Shown in pieces: positions 9,538 to 20,250 of a stretch of 64,000 bases of DNA; the first letter of the stretch is position 1; every line of letters begins with the position of its first letter. The notes beneath the pieces are model-generated. The model worked only from the letters and a program-made list of their open reading frames with translations, had not been told where the DNA came from and did no database searches. Location of the stretch: contig CAVVCZ010000005.1 in the NCBI GenBank assembly GCA_963746845.1, forward strand, positions 96,001 to 160,000, written 5' to 3'. The DNA comes from an uncultured Chloroflexia bacterium (GTDB lineage: Bacteria; Chloroflexota; Limnocylindria; Limnocylindrales; CSP1-4). Made by a program: the position numbers and the translations under genes.

Positions 9538-11289
9538 TCAGCGAGCCGCGACCGCCGCCCGCACCTCGTCCGGAAGCCAGAACCAGCGGAGCTGCTCGAA
9601 ATCCTCGCCGAGGACGGCACGGTCCGTCGCAGGCGGTGCACCGAGGGCCGCCACGGGGTCCCCCAGGATCCGCTTGGCCTCGGCGAGGTGATCCGCGAGC
9701 GCCTCCTCCCCCAGGCGATGGCGATGGGCCGGGTACGAGAGCCCGTTTCCCGCGAAGGACACATCGTGCAGCGAGAGCGGCGGCTCGGGTGAGCCGGCAA
9801 CATGGCGCCACATCCCGGTCGCCGGCTCGAACCGATACCAGGGCAGGAGTCGCCAGCCCTCGCGCGCGACGAGGGCGACGGCGTCGACGATGTACCGGAA
9901 CACCTTTTCGCTGATGAAGTAGTTGAAGTTCACTCGGACCCAGCCAGGCTTGATGCCTTCGCAGCCACGCGAGATCTCGCGCTCGAACGCATGCGAGGTC
10001 TCGACGTCGATCCCGAGCAGCCGGTGGCCGTATGGCCCGGCGCACGAGCAGCCACCGCGCGACTGGATCCCGAGCAGGTCGTTGAGGACGGCAACGACGA
10101 AGTTGTGATGCAGGTAGCGCCCGTCGTGGCGGACGGTGAACGAGACGATGGAGAGCCGCGGCAGCGTCGGGTTGCCGAGGATGAGGATCCCCTCGGCCGA
10201 TGACCAGGTGGCGATCGCCCGGTCGATGAACTCCTCCTCGCGCGCCCGGATCGCCTCGACGCCGACCTGCTCCTTCAGGGCGAACACGAGCCCGGCCCGG
10301 ATCGACTCGACGATCGCCGGCGTCCCGCCCTCCTCGCGATGCTCGGGGTCGTCGAGGTAGACGTGTTCGAGCGGGTTGACGTAGGCGACGGTCCCGCCGC
10401 CCGGCGACGTCGGCACGCGATTGCGGAATAGCTCGCGACGTGCGACGAGGACGCCCGGTGTGCCGGGCCCGCCGATGAACTTGTGCGGGCTGGCGACGAT
10501 CGCGTCCTTGTAGTCGAGGGCCGCGTCGCCGTCGGGCACGGTCGAGGTGCGCGGTGCCACGCGGTGCGGATCCATCTCGATCTCGACGTACGGTCCGGCC
10601 GCCGCGAAGTCCCAGAACGACAGCGCGCCATGCTCATGAAGGAGGATCGAGATCGCCCGCGTGTCCGACAGGATGCCGGTGACGTTCGACGCGGCGGAAA
10701 ACGACCCGATCCGCAGCGACCGGCCCGTCGTGCGCTCCAGCGCCGCGCGAAGCTGTGCCAGGTCGATCCGCCCGTCCTGGTCCTCGCCGATCGTGACCAC
10801 GTCGGCGATCGACTCCCGCCAGGGCAGCTCGTTCGAGTGATGCTCGTACGGCCCGATGAAGACGACCGGTCGCTCGTCCGGCGGGATCTGCGCCCGGAAC
10901 CCGTACCGGTCGTCGAGGCCGGCCGGGATGCGGAGCTCCAGGATCCCGACGAGAAGGTTGATCGCGCCGGTCATCCCGGCGCCCGTGAAGATCACCGCGT
11001 GGCGCTCGGCCGAGCCGCCGACCGCGTCCCGGATGATGGCTCGAGCGTCCTCTCGGAACCGGGTCGTCTGAAGGCCCGTTCCTGACGACTCGGTGTGGGT
11101 GTTCGCGTACAGCGGCAGGACGGCGTCGCGCAGGTAGTCCTCGATGAAGTCGAGCGCGCGGCCAGAAGCCGTGTAATCGGCGTACGTCACCCGTCGGATG
11201 CCGAACGGCCCCGCCACGGCTTCGTCATCGCCGATGACGGACGCGCGAATCCGCTCGATCAGGGCGTCCGAGGCTGTCGCATCAGTCAC
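9538..11289 (-). CDS. Aminotransferase class V-fold PLP enzyme (cysteine desulfurase-like)
   Basis: YADYTASGR, EHHSN, SNVTG, SPHKFIGGPG, GGTPAI and RGGCSCAGPY motifs; leaderless TACGAT before GTG 11289. Confidence 0.88.
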   Translation of the reverse strand: MTDATASDALIERIRASVIGDDEAVAGPFGIRRVTYADYTASGRALDFIEDYLRDAVLPLYANTHTESSGTGLQTTRFREDARAIIRDAVGGSAERHAVIFTGAGMTGAINLLVGILELRIPAGLDDRYGFRAQIPPDERPVVFIGPYEHHSNELPWRESIADVVTIGEDQDGRIDLAQLRAALERTTGRSLRIGSFSAASNVTGILSDTRAISILLHEHGALSFWDFAAAGPYVEIEMDPHRVAPRTSTVPDGDAALDYKDAIVASPHKFIGGPGTPGVLVARRELFRNRVPTSPGGGTVAYVNPLEHVYLDDPEHREEGGTPAIVESIRAGLVFALKEQVGVEAIRAREEEFIDRAIATWSSAEGILILGNPTLPRLSIVSFTVRHDGRYLHHNFVVAVLNDLLGIQSRGGCSCAGPYGHRLLGIDVETSHAFEREISRGCEGIKPGWVRVNFNYFISEKVFRYIVDAVALVAREGWRLLPWYRFEPATGMWRHVAGSPEPPLSLHDVSFAGNGLSYPAHRHRLGEEALADHLAEAKRILGDPVAALGAPPATDRAVLGEDFEQLRWFWLPDEVRAAVAAR

Positions 11290-11357
11290 GCCGGGCATCG
11301 TACGCGAGCGGTGTGGCTGGGCCCGCCCGGAACGGCGTTTGGTCCTACCCTTGGGCC

Positions 11358-12275
11358 GTGCGGATCGCCACCTGGAACGTCAACTCGCTGAAGGCCCGGA
11401 CCGACGCCGTCGAGCGCTGGCTGGACCGGGCGTCGCCGGACGTCCTCCTGATGCAGGAGACGAAGCTGGCGGACGAGGACGCCCCGGAGCTGCCGTTCCG
11501 GATGCTCGGCTACGAGCTGGTCCACCACGGCGAAGGGCGCTGGAACGGCGTCGCGATCGCGAGTCGGGTCGGGGCGACCGACGTCGTCACGAACTTCGGT
11601 GACGGACCGGTGCGCGACAGCCGGTCGGGCGCCGACGTCGCGGTCGGCGAGGACGACTTCGACCCGTTCGACGAGGCGCGGATGGTCTCGGCGGTGTGCG
11701 GCGGGATCCGCGTCGTCAGCCTCTACGCCCCGAACGGCCGGGTCGTCGGCAGCCCGTTCTACGAAGGCAAGCTCCGCTGGTTCGAGCGGCTCCGTCGCTG
11801 GCTCGACGAATCGTGCTCGCCCGACGAGCCGCTCCTGCTCGGCGGCGACCTGAACGCCACGCCGACCGACGAGGACGTCTGGGACGCGGTCGCGGCCCAT
11901 GGCGGGACACACGTCTCGGCACCCGAGCGGGAGGCCCTCGCGACGCTCCGCGCGTGGGGGCTGGTCGACGCCTACCGCGCGGCGGCCGGCGAGGTGGGTG
12001 GCCGGTTCTCGTGGTGGGACTACCGCGCCGGGATGTTCCACCGGAACGAGGGCATGCGGATCGACCTGCTGTACGTGACGAAGCCGGTCGCCGAGCGGGT
12101 CGTCTGGGCCGAGATCGACCGCGAGGCGCGGAAGGGGCCGCCGATCCCGTCCGACCACGCCCCGGTCGTCGTCGACCTGGACGAGACCGGTCTCGCGTTC
12201 GATGCCGGCTGGGACGGGGCGCTCGCCCGGATCGCCGCACGGACCCGCCCGCGCAAGGCCAAGGCGCCCGCATGA
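11358..12275 (+). CDS. xth: Exodeoxyribonuclease III / AP endonuclease
   Basis: ATWNVNS, QETK, YAPNG, GDLN, FSWWDYR, GMRID and SDHAP motifs. Confidence 0.92.
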   Translation: MRIATWNVNSLKARTDAVERWLDRASPDVLLMQETKLADEDAPELPFRMLGYELVHHGEGRWNGVAIASRVGATDVVTNFGDGPVRDSRSGADVAVGEDDFDPFDEARMVSAVCGGIRVVSLYAPNGRVVGSPFYEGKLRWFERLRRWLDESCSPDEPLLLGGDLNATPTDEDVWDAVAAHGGTHVSAPEREALATLRAWGLVDAYRAAAGEVGGRFSWWDYRAGMFHRNEGMRIDLLYVTKPVAERVVWAEIDREARKGPPIPSDHAPVVVDLDETGLAFDAGWDGALARIAARTRPRKAKAPA

Positions 12276-12327
12276 CCGGCCGCACTCGCCCGACGAGTCG
12301 CGCCGGCGCGTGGAGCCGCTCCCGAGC

Positions 12328-13257
12328 GTGAGCAGGAAGACCCCGAGGCGGCGCGGACCGAAGCCGGCCGCGTCGACTGCGACGGCGCCGACCACGAGAG
12401 CGGCAACGGGCGCTCCGGCCCCCGCCGCGATGCCGAACCGAAGCCGCACGGCGCTCATCGCCGCCGCGATCGGCGGCGTCGCACTGGCCGTCCTGCTGGT
12501 CGCGGGCGCCGCAGTCTTCCTGTCGACCCAGGGCAGCGGCGCCACGCCGGGACCGGTCGCCGGCGCGTCGCCGTCCCCGCCCGTCTCGAGCCCGGGCACC
12601 TCTGCGCCCGACGCCTCGCCGACGACCGCGCCGGGCGGCCCGATCGCCGAGAAGATGGTTGCGATCCTCCATCACGACCCGTTCCAGAGCCACATCCAGG
12701 AGTCGACGGTTGCCCGGTCGACGACGGCGAGCCCATCCGCGGGCGTCACGACGCTTCGCCTCACCGCGACCGCCGAGGGCGACGTGTCCGGCCCCGATGT
12801 CGACCTGCATGTGACCGGGACCGGCAACGGGCCGGCCGTCGACCGGCAGGTCGTGGCCGTCGGCGACGCGGCATGGATCCGGCCCGCCGGGGCGGCGTGG
12901 GCGGTGCATCCCCGGTCGGAGGTTGCGTCGTCGATCGACGGGCTGCTCAAGACGATCGCCCTGATCGACGATCCGACCCAGCTCGTCGATCTCGGCGTCG
13001 AGACCGTCGAGGGCCAGGCCCTCCACCACCTGACGGCGGCGACGTCGATCGTCTATCGGTCGGCCGACGCCGAGGGCTCGTACCACACCTTCGACGTGTG
13101 GGTGACGGCCGAGGGCGTGCCGGTCATCGCCAAGGCGTCGTTCGACGCGAACCAGGGGACGAACCAGCTCGTCGGCAACGTCGACATCCACTATTCGAAG
13201 GTCGGCGGCCCGATCACGATCGAGCCCCCCGCCGGCGCCCCGACGCTCAAGCCGTAG
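12328..13257 (+). CDS. Membrane-anchored extracytoplasmic protein, LppX/LprAFG(LolA)-like
   Basis: Basic N-tail, single TM, Pro/Ser linker; VGDAAWIR, LGVETVEG...HHL and C-terminal YSKVGGPITIEPP pattern. Confidence 0.6.
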   Translation: MSRKTPRRRGPKPAASTATAPTTRAATGAPAPAAMPNRSRTALIAAAIGGVALAVLLVAGAAVFLSTQGSGATPGPVAGASPSPPVSSPGTSAPDASPTTAPGGPIAEKMVAILHHDPFQSHIQESTVARSTTASPSAGVTTLRLTATAEGDVSGPDVDLHVTGTGNGPAVDRQVVAVGDAAWIRPAGAAWAVHPRSEVASSIDGLLKTIALIDDPTQLVDLGVETVEGQALHHLTAATSIVYRSADAEGSYHTFDVWVTAEGVPVIAKASFDANQGTNQLVGNVDIHYSKVGGPITIEPPAGAPTLKP

Positions 13258-13287
13258 GCGACCTGGCCCCGCCGGGCATCAGTCGAG

Positions 13288-13728
13288 GTGGAAGACCTCG
13301 TCCAGCCGCTGGTGGAAGCCCGTCGCGGGGTCTCGCGGACTTTTCGGCGCGCAGTGGCCAGCCGGCTGGACGGACGCGAGCCGGCTGGACGCACGGCGCT
13401 CGTTCGGTGCATCCTTGACAGCCTGGCCGCCGCGTTCGCCGACAGCGTGGCGGAAGCTTCACGGCTTTCCGGCCGGCGCGTCCGGGTCGTCCACGTCGTC
13501 GGCGGTGGGAGCCAGAACGCCTTGCTCTGCCAGCTGACCGCCGACGCGTCCGGGCTGCCGGTCGTCGCCGGGCCGGTGGAGGCGACGTCGATCGGCAACC
13601 TCCTCGTCCAGGCCCGAGCCCACGGCCTGATCGAGGGCGACCTGTCCGCCCTGCGGGCGGTCGTGCGCTCCACCCAGCCGCTGCGCCAGTTCGCGCCGCG
13701 GCGCCGCTCCTTCGCACCGGTAGGCTAG
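13288..13728 (+). pseudogene. C-terminal fragment of an FGGY sugar kinase (rhamnulokinase-like)
   Basis: VRCILDSLA, VHVVGGGSQNALLCQLTADA and AGPVEATSIGNLLVQA motifs; N-terminal domain absent. Confidence 0.75.
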
Positions 13729-13732
13729 CGAC

Positions 13733-14950
13733 ATGCCCCGTCGTCGCGTCCCGCGCCCGTCCGAGCTGCGTCCATACCTGCGGACGGGTCCGATCCGCCT
13801 GTGGCCGATCGAACGGCGGCTGGCCGCGGCGGCGACCATCTGGGACCTGCGCTCGGTCGCCCGCAGGCACGTCCCTCGGGCCGTCTTCGACTACACCGAC
13901 GGCGCGGCCGAGACCGAGACGAGCCTGCAGCGGTCCCGCGACGCGTTCAAGCGTGTCGAGTTCGTCCCCCGCGTCCTCCGCGACGTGTCCAGCATCGACC
14001 TCTCGACGACCATCCTCGGGCGACCGTCGGCGATGCCGCTCGTCTTCGCGCCCACCGGGTTCACCCGGCTGATGCACGCGGAGGGCGAGCCGTCGGTGGG
14101 GCGCGTCGCCGCCCGGATGGGCGTCCCGTACGCCCTCTCCACGCTCGGGACGACCTCGCCCGAGGATCTGTCCGCGGCCCTGCCCGGCGCCGACCTGTGG
14201 TTCCAGCTCTACATCTGGAACGACCGGGACGCGGTTCTCGAGCTCGTGCGGCGGGCGCGGGTGGCGGGCTTCCGGGTGCTGGTCCTGACCGTCGACACGC
14301 CGGTCGCCGGCGCGCGCCTGCGGGACGTCCACAACGGGTTCACGATCCCACCGACGCTCTCGGTTCGGACGCTGATCGACATCGGGCTGCACCCGGGCTG
14401 GTGGTTCGACAAGCTGACCACCGAGCCGCTCCGGTTCGCCGTGTTCACCGAGACCGGCGGCACCGTCGCCGACCTGATCAACCGGGTGTTCGACCCCACG
14501 ATCACGATCGCCGACCTCGCCTGGATGCGGGAGGCGTGGGACGGGCCGATCGTGATCAAGGGGATCCAGACCCCGGAGGACGCCTGCGCGGTCGTCGATG
14601 CCGGCGCGGACGGGATCGTGATCTCGAACCACGGCGGCCGCCAGCTCGACCGGGCGTCGACGCCCCTCGAGCAGCTCGCGCCCATTCGTGCCGCCATCGG
14701 CCGACGCGCGGAGGTGTACCTCGACGGCGGGGTCCTCTCCGGATCGGACATGATCGCGGCGGTGGCGCTCGGCGCCGATGCGGTGCTGGTGGGCCGCGCC
14801 TACCTGTACGGGCTCATGGCCGGCGGCGAGCGGGGGGTCGCTCGAGCTGGGGAGCTTCTCCGCAAGGAGGCGGTCCGGACGATGCAGCTCCTCGGCGTGT
14901 CACGCGTGGCAGACCTCGACGGGTCGAGCGCCCGGCTGCGCGACCGCTGA
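13733..14950 (+). CDS. lldD: FMN-dependent alpha-hydroxy acid dehydrogenase (L-lactate dehydrogenase LldD-like)
   Basis: FDYTDGAA, APTG, WFQLY, LTVD, IKGI and SNHGGRQLD motifs. Confidence 0.88.
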   Translation: MPRRRVPRPSELRPYLRTGPIRLWPIERRLAAAATIWDLRSVARRHVPRAVFDYTDGAAETETSLQRSRDAFKRVEFVPRVLRDVSSIDLSTTILGRPSAMPLVFAPTGFTRLMHAEGEPSVGRVAARMGVPYALSTLGTTSPEDLSAALPGADLWFQLYIWNDRDAVLELVRRARVAGFRVLVLTVDTPVAGARLRDVHNGFTIPPTLSVRTLIDIGLHPGWWFDKLTTEPLRFAVFTETGGTVADLINRVFDPTITIADLAWMREAWDGPIVIKGIQTPEDACAVVDAGADGIVISNHGGRQLDRASTPLEQLAPIRAAIGRRAEVYLDGGVLSGSDMIAAVALGADAVLVGRAYLYGLMAGGERGVARAGELLRKEAVRTMQLLGVSRVADLDGSSARLRDR

Positions 14951-14961
14951 CGGGTCGCGCG

Positions 14962-15999
14962 CTACGCCGCGCCGGCCTCCAGGTCGAGCAGCAGGGCCGC
15001 GATCTCGCGGGCGTTCGTCGTCCCGTAGTTCGCGTAACAGTTGTTGAAGAGCGCGTGCGTCTCCCTGGTCTGGGACGCGACCTCGCGGATCCGCGGCACC
15101 CACTCGGCCAGCTCGTCCCGCGAATACAGGTACTGGAACCGCTCGGCCGGCGTGATCCCCTTCGCCTCCCAGGTCGCGGCATTCCGCCCGTGGAACCGCA
15201 CGATCGCGAGGTCCGGTGACGTGACCGCGACCTCCGGCGGGACGCTGCTCTTGAAGCCCTGCGGCTCGTCGACCATCACGAACGGGATCGACCGCTCCGA
15301 GAGGAACGCCAGCGTCCGGTCACGGTTCTTCTCGTTCAGCCACGACCCGTTGCGGAACTCGACCGCGACCTTCCAGCCGTCCAGCCGTTCGACCGCATCG
15401 TCGATCAGCGCCCGGCTCTCGTTCGATGGGAACACCCACTTCGGGTACTGGAGCAGGATCGAGCCCAGCTGGCCGCGCTCCTCGAGCGGCGCCAGGGCAG
15501 ATCGGAACGTCCGCCAGACCTCCGCGTTGAGCTCGTCCGGGAAGTCCTTGAGGTAGATCCGGCTCTTCGCCTGGAGCTCGTCGGGCAGCGCCTCGCGGAT
15601 CGACTTCGGCAGCCGCTTCGTCTCGGTCCCCTGCCCCGTCATCAGCGCGTGGGCCTTGATGTCGAACGTGAAGTCCGGCGGGGTCCGCTCCGCCCACAGC
15701 TGGGCGGTCCGCTCCGCGGGGAGCGCGTAGTAGGTCGCGTCGACCTCGACGACCGGGAACGTGGCGGCGTAGTACTGGAGGCGTTCCTCGGCACGATCCG
15801 CGCCGATCGGGTAGAACACGCCAGACGCCGTCATCGTCGGGTCCGTCCAGGACGCCGTGCCGACGAGGACGCGGCCGCCGCCGGTCTCGATCGGCTCCGA
15901 GGCGGCCGTCTCCAGCTCGGCGACGCGGCGGGAGGCCGCGTCACTGCCGGGATCGTGGTCCGTGGAGTCCGGGGCGACGCTCCGGGTCGAGGTGGGCAT
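14962..15999 (-). CDS. DUF72 (YecE-like) protein
   Basis: [34 protein letters not shown] and FNNC motifs. Confidence 0.88.
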   Translation of the reverse strand: MPTSTRSVAPDSTDHDPGSDAASRRVAELETAASEPIETGGGRVLVGTASWTDPTMTASGVFYPIGADRAEERLQYYAATFPVVEVDATYYALPAERTAQLWAERTPPDFTFDIKAHALMTGQGTETKRLPKSIREALPDELQAKSRIYLKDFPDELNAEVWRTFRSALAPLEERGQLGSILLQYPKWVFPSNESRALIDDAVERLDGWKVAVEFRNGSWLNEKNRDRTLAFLSERSIPFVMVDEPQGFKSSVPPEVAVTSPDLAIVRFHGRNAATWEAKGITPAERFQYLYSRDELAEWVPRIREVASQTRETHALFNNCYANYGTTNAREIAALLLDLEAGAA

Positions 16000-16125
16000 G
16001 CCGAAATCGTACGTGACGATGGCGTCGGAAGGGGTCAACAATCGGGCGAACGGGCTCGTGGAATGGTTGCGCGGTCCGAAACGCCGCCCGTTCCGTTCCC
16101 GAACGCTCGCCTAGGCTCGCCCGCG

Positions 16126-17250
16126 ATGATCGACCCTTCCGCAGGGACGCCGGAGATCCGCCTGACGGATCTGAGCAAGCACTTCCGGGACGTCCGCGCG
16201 GTGGACCGCGTGTCGCTCGACATCCGGACGGGTGAGTTCTTCTCCATGCTCGGCCCGAGCGGCTGCGGCAAGACGACCACGCTCCGGATGATCGGCGGGT
16301 TCGAGCTCCCCACGGCCGGCCGGATCGAGCTCCGCGGACGGGACGTCACGATGGCCCCGCCGGACAAGCGGCCGGTCAACATGGTCTTCCAGAACTACGC
16401 CCTGTTCCCCCACCTCGATGTCGCGGGGAACATCGCGTTCGGGCTCCAGCGCAAGAACGTCGACAAGGGCCAGATCAAGCGGCGGGTCTCCGAGGCGCTC
16501 GACCTGGTCCATCTCGCCGGCTACGACAGGCGGAAGCCGAACCAGCTGTCCGGCGGCCAGCAGCAGCGGGTCGCGCTCGCGCGGGCCCTCGTGAACCGGC
16601 CGGACGTGCTCCTCCTCGACGAGCCGCTCGGGGCGCTCGACCTGAAGCTCCGCAAGGCGCTCCAGATCGAGCTGAAGCGCGTCCAGTCGGAGGTGGGGAT
16701 CACCTTCGTCTACGTCACCCACGACCAGGAGGAGGCGCTCACGATGAGCGACCGGATCGCCGTGATGCACGGCGGCAAGGTCGAGCAGCTGGGCACCCCC
16801 GAGGAGCTCTACGAGCGGCCGCGGACGCGGTTCGTCGCGGACTTCATCGGGACCTCGAACCTGTTGACGGGCATCGTCGAGGCGGTCGAGGCCGACGCGG
16901 CCTGGTCCGACTGACCACGGGCGACGGTGCCGGACGGCGCGACCGGACCGGACGATGGGCCAGGCCCGTCGAGCTGAGCCGTCCGGCCCGAGGCCGTCGG
17001 GATCGAGGCGACGAACGGCGCGGTCCGCGACGCCCGCGGCTCGATCGCCGCGACCGTCGACCAGGTCGCCTATCTCGGGAGACTCCGTCCAGTACCTCGT
17101 CCGCTCCGCCGGCGGTCTCGGGATCCCGTGCTGGTCCGAAGAGCGCGGGAGCGGATCCCGATCGGCGGCGACGTCGACTCACCTGGGCGCCCGGGGACGC
17201 GCTCGTCCTGCCGACGCGACCGTCGCAGGAGGAGACCCAGGCAGGAGACA
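16126..17250 (+). CDS. potA: Polyamine ABC transporter ATP-binding subunit, PotA-like; 3' TOBE part frameshifted and end approximate
   Basis: [33 protein letters not shown] and THDQEEA motifs; TOBE remnants (SVRPE, YLGDSVQY) in other frames. Confidence 0.8.
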
Positions 17251-18515
17251 GCGATCACCCGGCGACGCCGCCGAGCCTTCCCAGGGCGACTCGTCGATCT
17301 GGAGCTCGCATTCCTCGGGCATCTCACCGAGCGCCGGATGAGCCGGCGCCAGCTCCTCGAGGTCGTGACCGCGGGTGGGCGCGGCCGTGGCCTCGCGCCC
17401 GTCGTCGCGGCGTGCCGGCGGCGGGCCGACGCCGCCACCGTCGACGGCGGCCGCCGTCCGCCACCGCGTCGCCGGTGGTCGTCGGCGCCCGCCTCGGACG
17501 CCGAGGCCGCCAGCCCGTCGGTCGAGCCGACCCCGGTCCCTAGCCCGGAGAGCCGAGCTCTACGTCTACAACTGGGACGCGTACATCGGCGAGGACACGG
17601 TTCCGAAGTTCGAGGAGACGTACGGCATCCGGGTCAAGTACGACAAGTTCGACCGACGCCGACACCCAGCTCACCAAGCTCCGGAGCGACGGCAAGGGCG
17701 GCGGCTACGACGTCAGCTACCCGACGTCGACCGACGTCGGGCCGCTGGCTGCCGAGGGTGTGCTCCTCAAGCTCGACAAGAGCCTGATCCCGAACATCGC
17801 GAACCTCCGCCCGGAGTGGCAGAACCCCGGCTACGACCCGAACAACACGTACTCCGTCCCGAACTACTGGTGGACGACCGGCTACGTGTGGGACCCGGCC
17901 AAGGTCCCCGGCGACCAGACGACGTGGGACGCCCTGTTCGATCCGGCGTCGACGGGCCACATCGGCATGCTCGACGACCAGCGCGAGACGTTCGCGGTCG
18001 CGGCCTTCAAGCTCGGCCTGGACCCGAACACCACCGACGAGGCCCAGCTCGACCAGATGCTCGCGCTCCTCGAGCAGCAGAAGCCGTTGCTCCGCAAGTA
18101 CACGTCCGATGACATCGGCGACATGACGAGCGGCAACCTGTGGATCTGTCACGCCTGGTCCGGTGACTGGTTCCAGATGATCGCGGACAAGCCGAAGCTC
18201 AACTACGTCGTCCCCGGCAACGGCAGCATCCGCGGCAATGACGTGTTGGTGGTCACGTCCGGCGCGCCGCACCCGATCGCCGCCCACCTCTGGATCGACT
18301 TCAACCTCGACGCTCAGATCAGCGCCGGAAACACCAACTACATCGGCTACATGGGTCCGAACGCCGCGGCCGACCAGTACATCGACGACACGATCAAGGG
18401 CGATCCGCGGCTCAACCCGCCGGCCGACGTCCTCGCGAAGCTCGTCGAGCTGGCCTTCCTGGCGCCGGCCGATCTCGACAAGTACACCCAGCGCTGGAAC
18501 GCCCTGCGCGCGTGA
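17250..18515 (+). CDS. potD: Polyamine ABC substrate-binding lipoprotein, PotD-like; 5' part frameshifted and start approximate
   Basis: Tat-like MSRRQLL and VAAC lipobox; LYVYNWDAYI...FEETYGIRV; YDP.N.YSVP; AWSGD; AHLWIDF, spread over several frames. Confidence 0.75.
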
Positions 18516-19435
18516 CGGCACCGGTCGACGCTGCCGCGCCACCAGTCGCTCCACCCGCGGCGACCTCGATCCCGGCGACCCGGCGACCGCTCGCCGAGCG
18601 AATCGCCGGACTCGTCTTCGTCGTGCCCGGCGTGGTCTGGCTGGCGGCGTTCTTCCTCCTGCCGCTGGTCATCATCCTCGTGGTCAGCCTCGGCACGCGC
18701 GACGCAGCCGGTCACATCACGCTGGCCAACCCGGGGCTCCAGAACTACGCCCAGGCCACGCGCCCCGAGTACTTGCCGGCGTTCGCCAACTCGCTGAAGT
18801 ACGCGCTGATCACAACGATCCTGTCGATCGTCATCGGCTACCCGATCGCCTACTGGATCTCGCGCTACGGCGGTTCGCGCAAGATCCTGCTGCTGATCCT
18901 CGTGATGCTGCCGTTCTGGACGAGCTATCTCATCCGGACCTACGCGTGGATGATCATCCTGCGGGACAACGGCGTCCTGAACTCGATCCTGCTGGCGACG
19001 GGCGTCATCAGCGACCCGATCCCGATCCTGAACTCGGACTTCGCCGTCATTCTCGGCATGACCTACGGGTTCCTGCCCTTCGCGATCCTGCCGCTGTACG
19101 TCTCCATCGACCGGCTGGACCCGCACCTCGTGGAGGCGGCCCGGGACCTGTTCGCGTCCGGCCGCGGCGCGTTCCGCCACGTGACGCTGCCGATGACGAT
19201 GCCCGGGATCGTGGCAGCCGCGCTCCTGACGTTCATCCCGGCGATGGGCGACTACGTGACGCCCGACCTGCTCGGCGGTGCGCAGACGACGACGATCGCC
19301 AAGATCATCCAGGTCCTGTTCACGAGCGGCCGGGACTGGCCGTACGGCTCGGCGCTCGGGTTCCTGCTGATGGTCGTGACGCTGGGCGGGACGTTCCTCG
19401 CGCTGCGGACGCTCCGGCGCGAGGTGATCGGGTGA
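18512..19435 (+). CDS. potB: Polyamine ABC permease, PotB-like
   Basis: LPFWTSYLIRTYAW, LPFAILPLY and EAARDL motifs. Confidence 0.88.
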   Translation: MTAPVDAAAPPVAPPAATSIPATRRPLAERIAGLVFVVPGVVWLAAFFLLPLVIILVVSLGTRDAAGHITLANPGLQNYAQATRPEYLPAFANSLKYALITTILSIVIGYPIAYWISRYGGSRKILLLILVMLPFWTSYLIRTYAWMIILRDNGVLNSILLATGVISDPIPILNSDFAVILGMTYGFLPFAILPLYVSIDRLDPHLVEAARDLFASGRGAFRHVTLPMTMPGIVAAALLTFIPAMGDYVTPDLLGGAQTTTIAKIIQVLFTSGRDWPYGSALGFLLMVVTLGGTFLALRTLRREVIG

Positions 19436-20247
19436 AGCCGCACAACCGCTGGCTGTCCGGGTTCGCGCTGCTGGTCTACGCGATCCTGTTCGCCCCGATC
19501 GTCGTCCTGATCATCTTCAGCTTCAACCAGTCGCGCCGGAACTTCGTCTGGCAGGGCTTCACCCTCGACTGGTACCCGCGGCTCTTCGCGAACCGCGACC
19601 TGCTCGACTCGATCGGCGTGACGCTCCAGGTCGCCCTGATCGCGGTGATCGGCTCGACGATCCTGGGCTCGCTCCTCGGGCTGGGCCTCGCCCGGCTGAA
19701 GTTCCGTGGATCGGGCGCCACCGAGACGCTCCTCCTGCTGCCGATGATCACGCCCGAGATCATCATGGGCATCAGCCTGCTGATCTTCTTCTCCCAGCTG
19801 TTCGCGTCGAATGGCTCGCTCCAGCAGATCTCCGTCGCCCACATCACGTTCTGCATCTCGTACGTCGCGGTCGTCGTCCGGGCCCGCGCGATCGGGATGG
19901 ACCCGCGGCTCGAGGAGGCAGCGCGCGACCTGGGCGCCTCGGGCTGGGGCGCGTTCCGCTACGTGACCCTGCCGCTGATCCTGCCCGCGGTGCTCGCCGG
20001 GGCGATGATCTCGTTCGCCCTCTCGTTCGACGACCTCGTGGTCACGTCGTTCAATGCCGGCGTGGGCTCGACGACCCTGCCGATCTTCATCTACAGCTCG
20101 ATCAAGTTCGGGGTCACGCCGCAGATCAACGCGATCAGCACGATCATCGTGGCGGTCGTGTCGATCGCCCTGTTCATCGCCTGGCGCCTCGGCGCATTCC
20201 GCTCGGATCCGCCGCCGATGGCGGCCGAGGACGCGCCGGCGGCGTAG
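19432..20247 (+). CDS. potC: Polyamine ABC permease, PotC-like
   Basis: FSFN..GFTLDWY, EEAARDLGA, SFDD and GVTPQINA motifs; GTGA overlap with potB. Confidence 0.88.
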   Translation: MKPHNRWLSGFALLVYAILFAPIVVLIIFSFNQSRRNFVWQGFTLDWYPRLFANRDLLDSIGVTLQVALIAVIGSTILGSLLGLGLARLKFRGSGATETLLLLPMITPEIIMGISLLIFFSQLFASNGSLQQISVAHITFCISYVAVVVRARAIGMDPRLEEAARDLGASGWGAFRYVTLPLILPAVLAGAMISFALSFDDLVVTSFNAGVGSTTLPIFIYSSIKFGVTPQINAISTIIVAVVSIALFIAWRLGAFRSDPPPMAAEDAPAA

Positions 20248-20250
20248 GCC

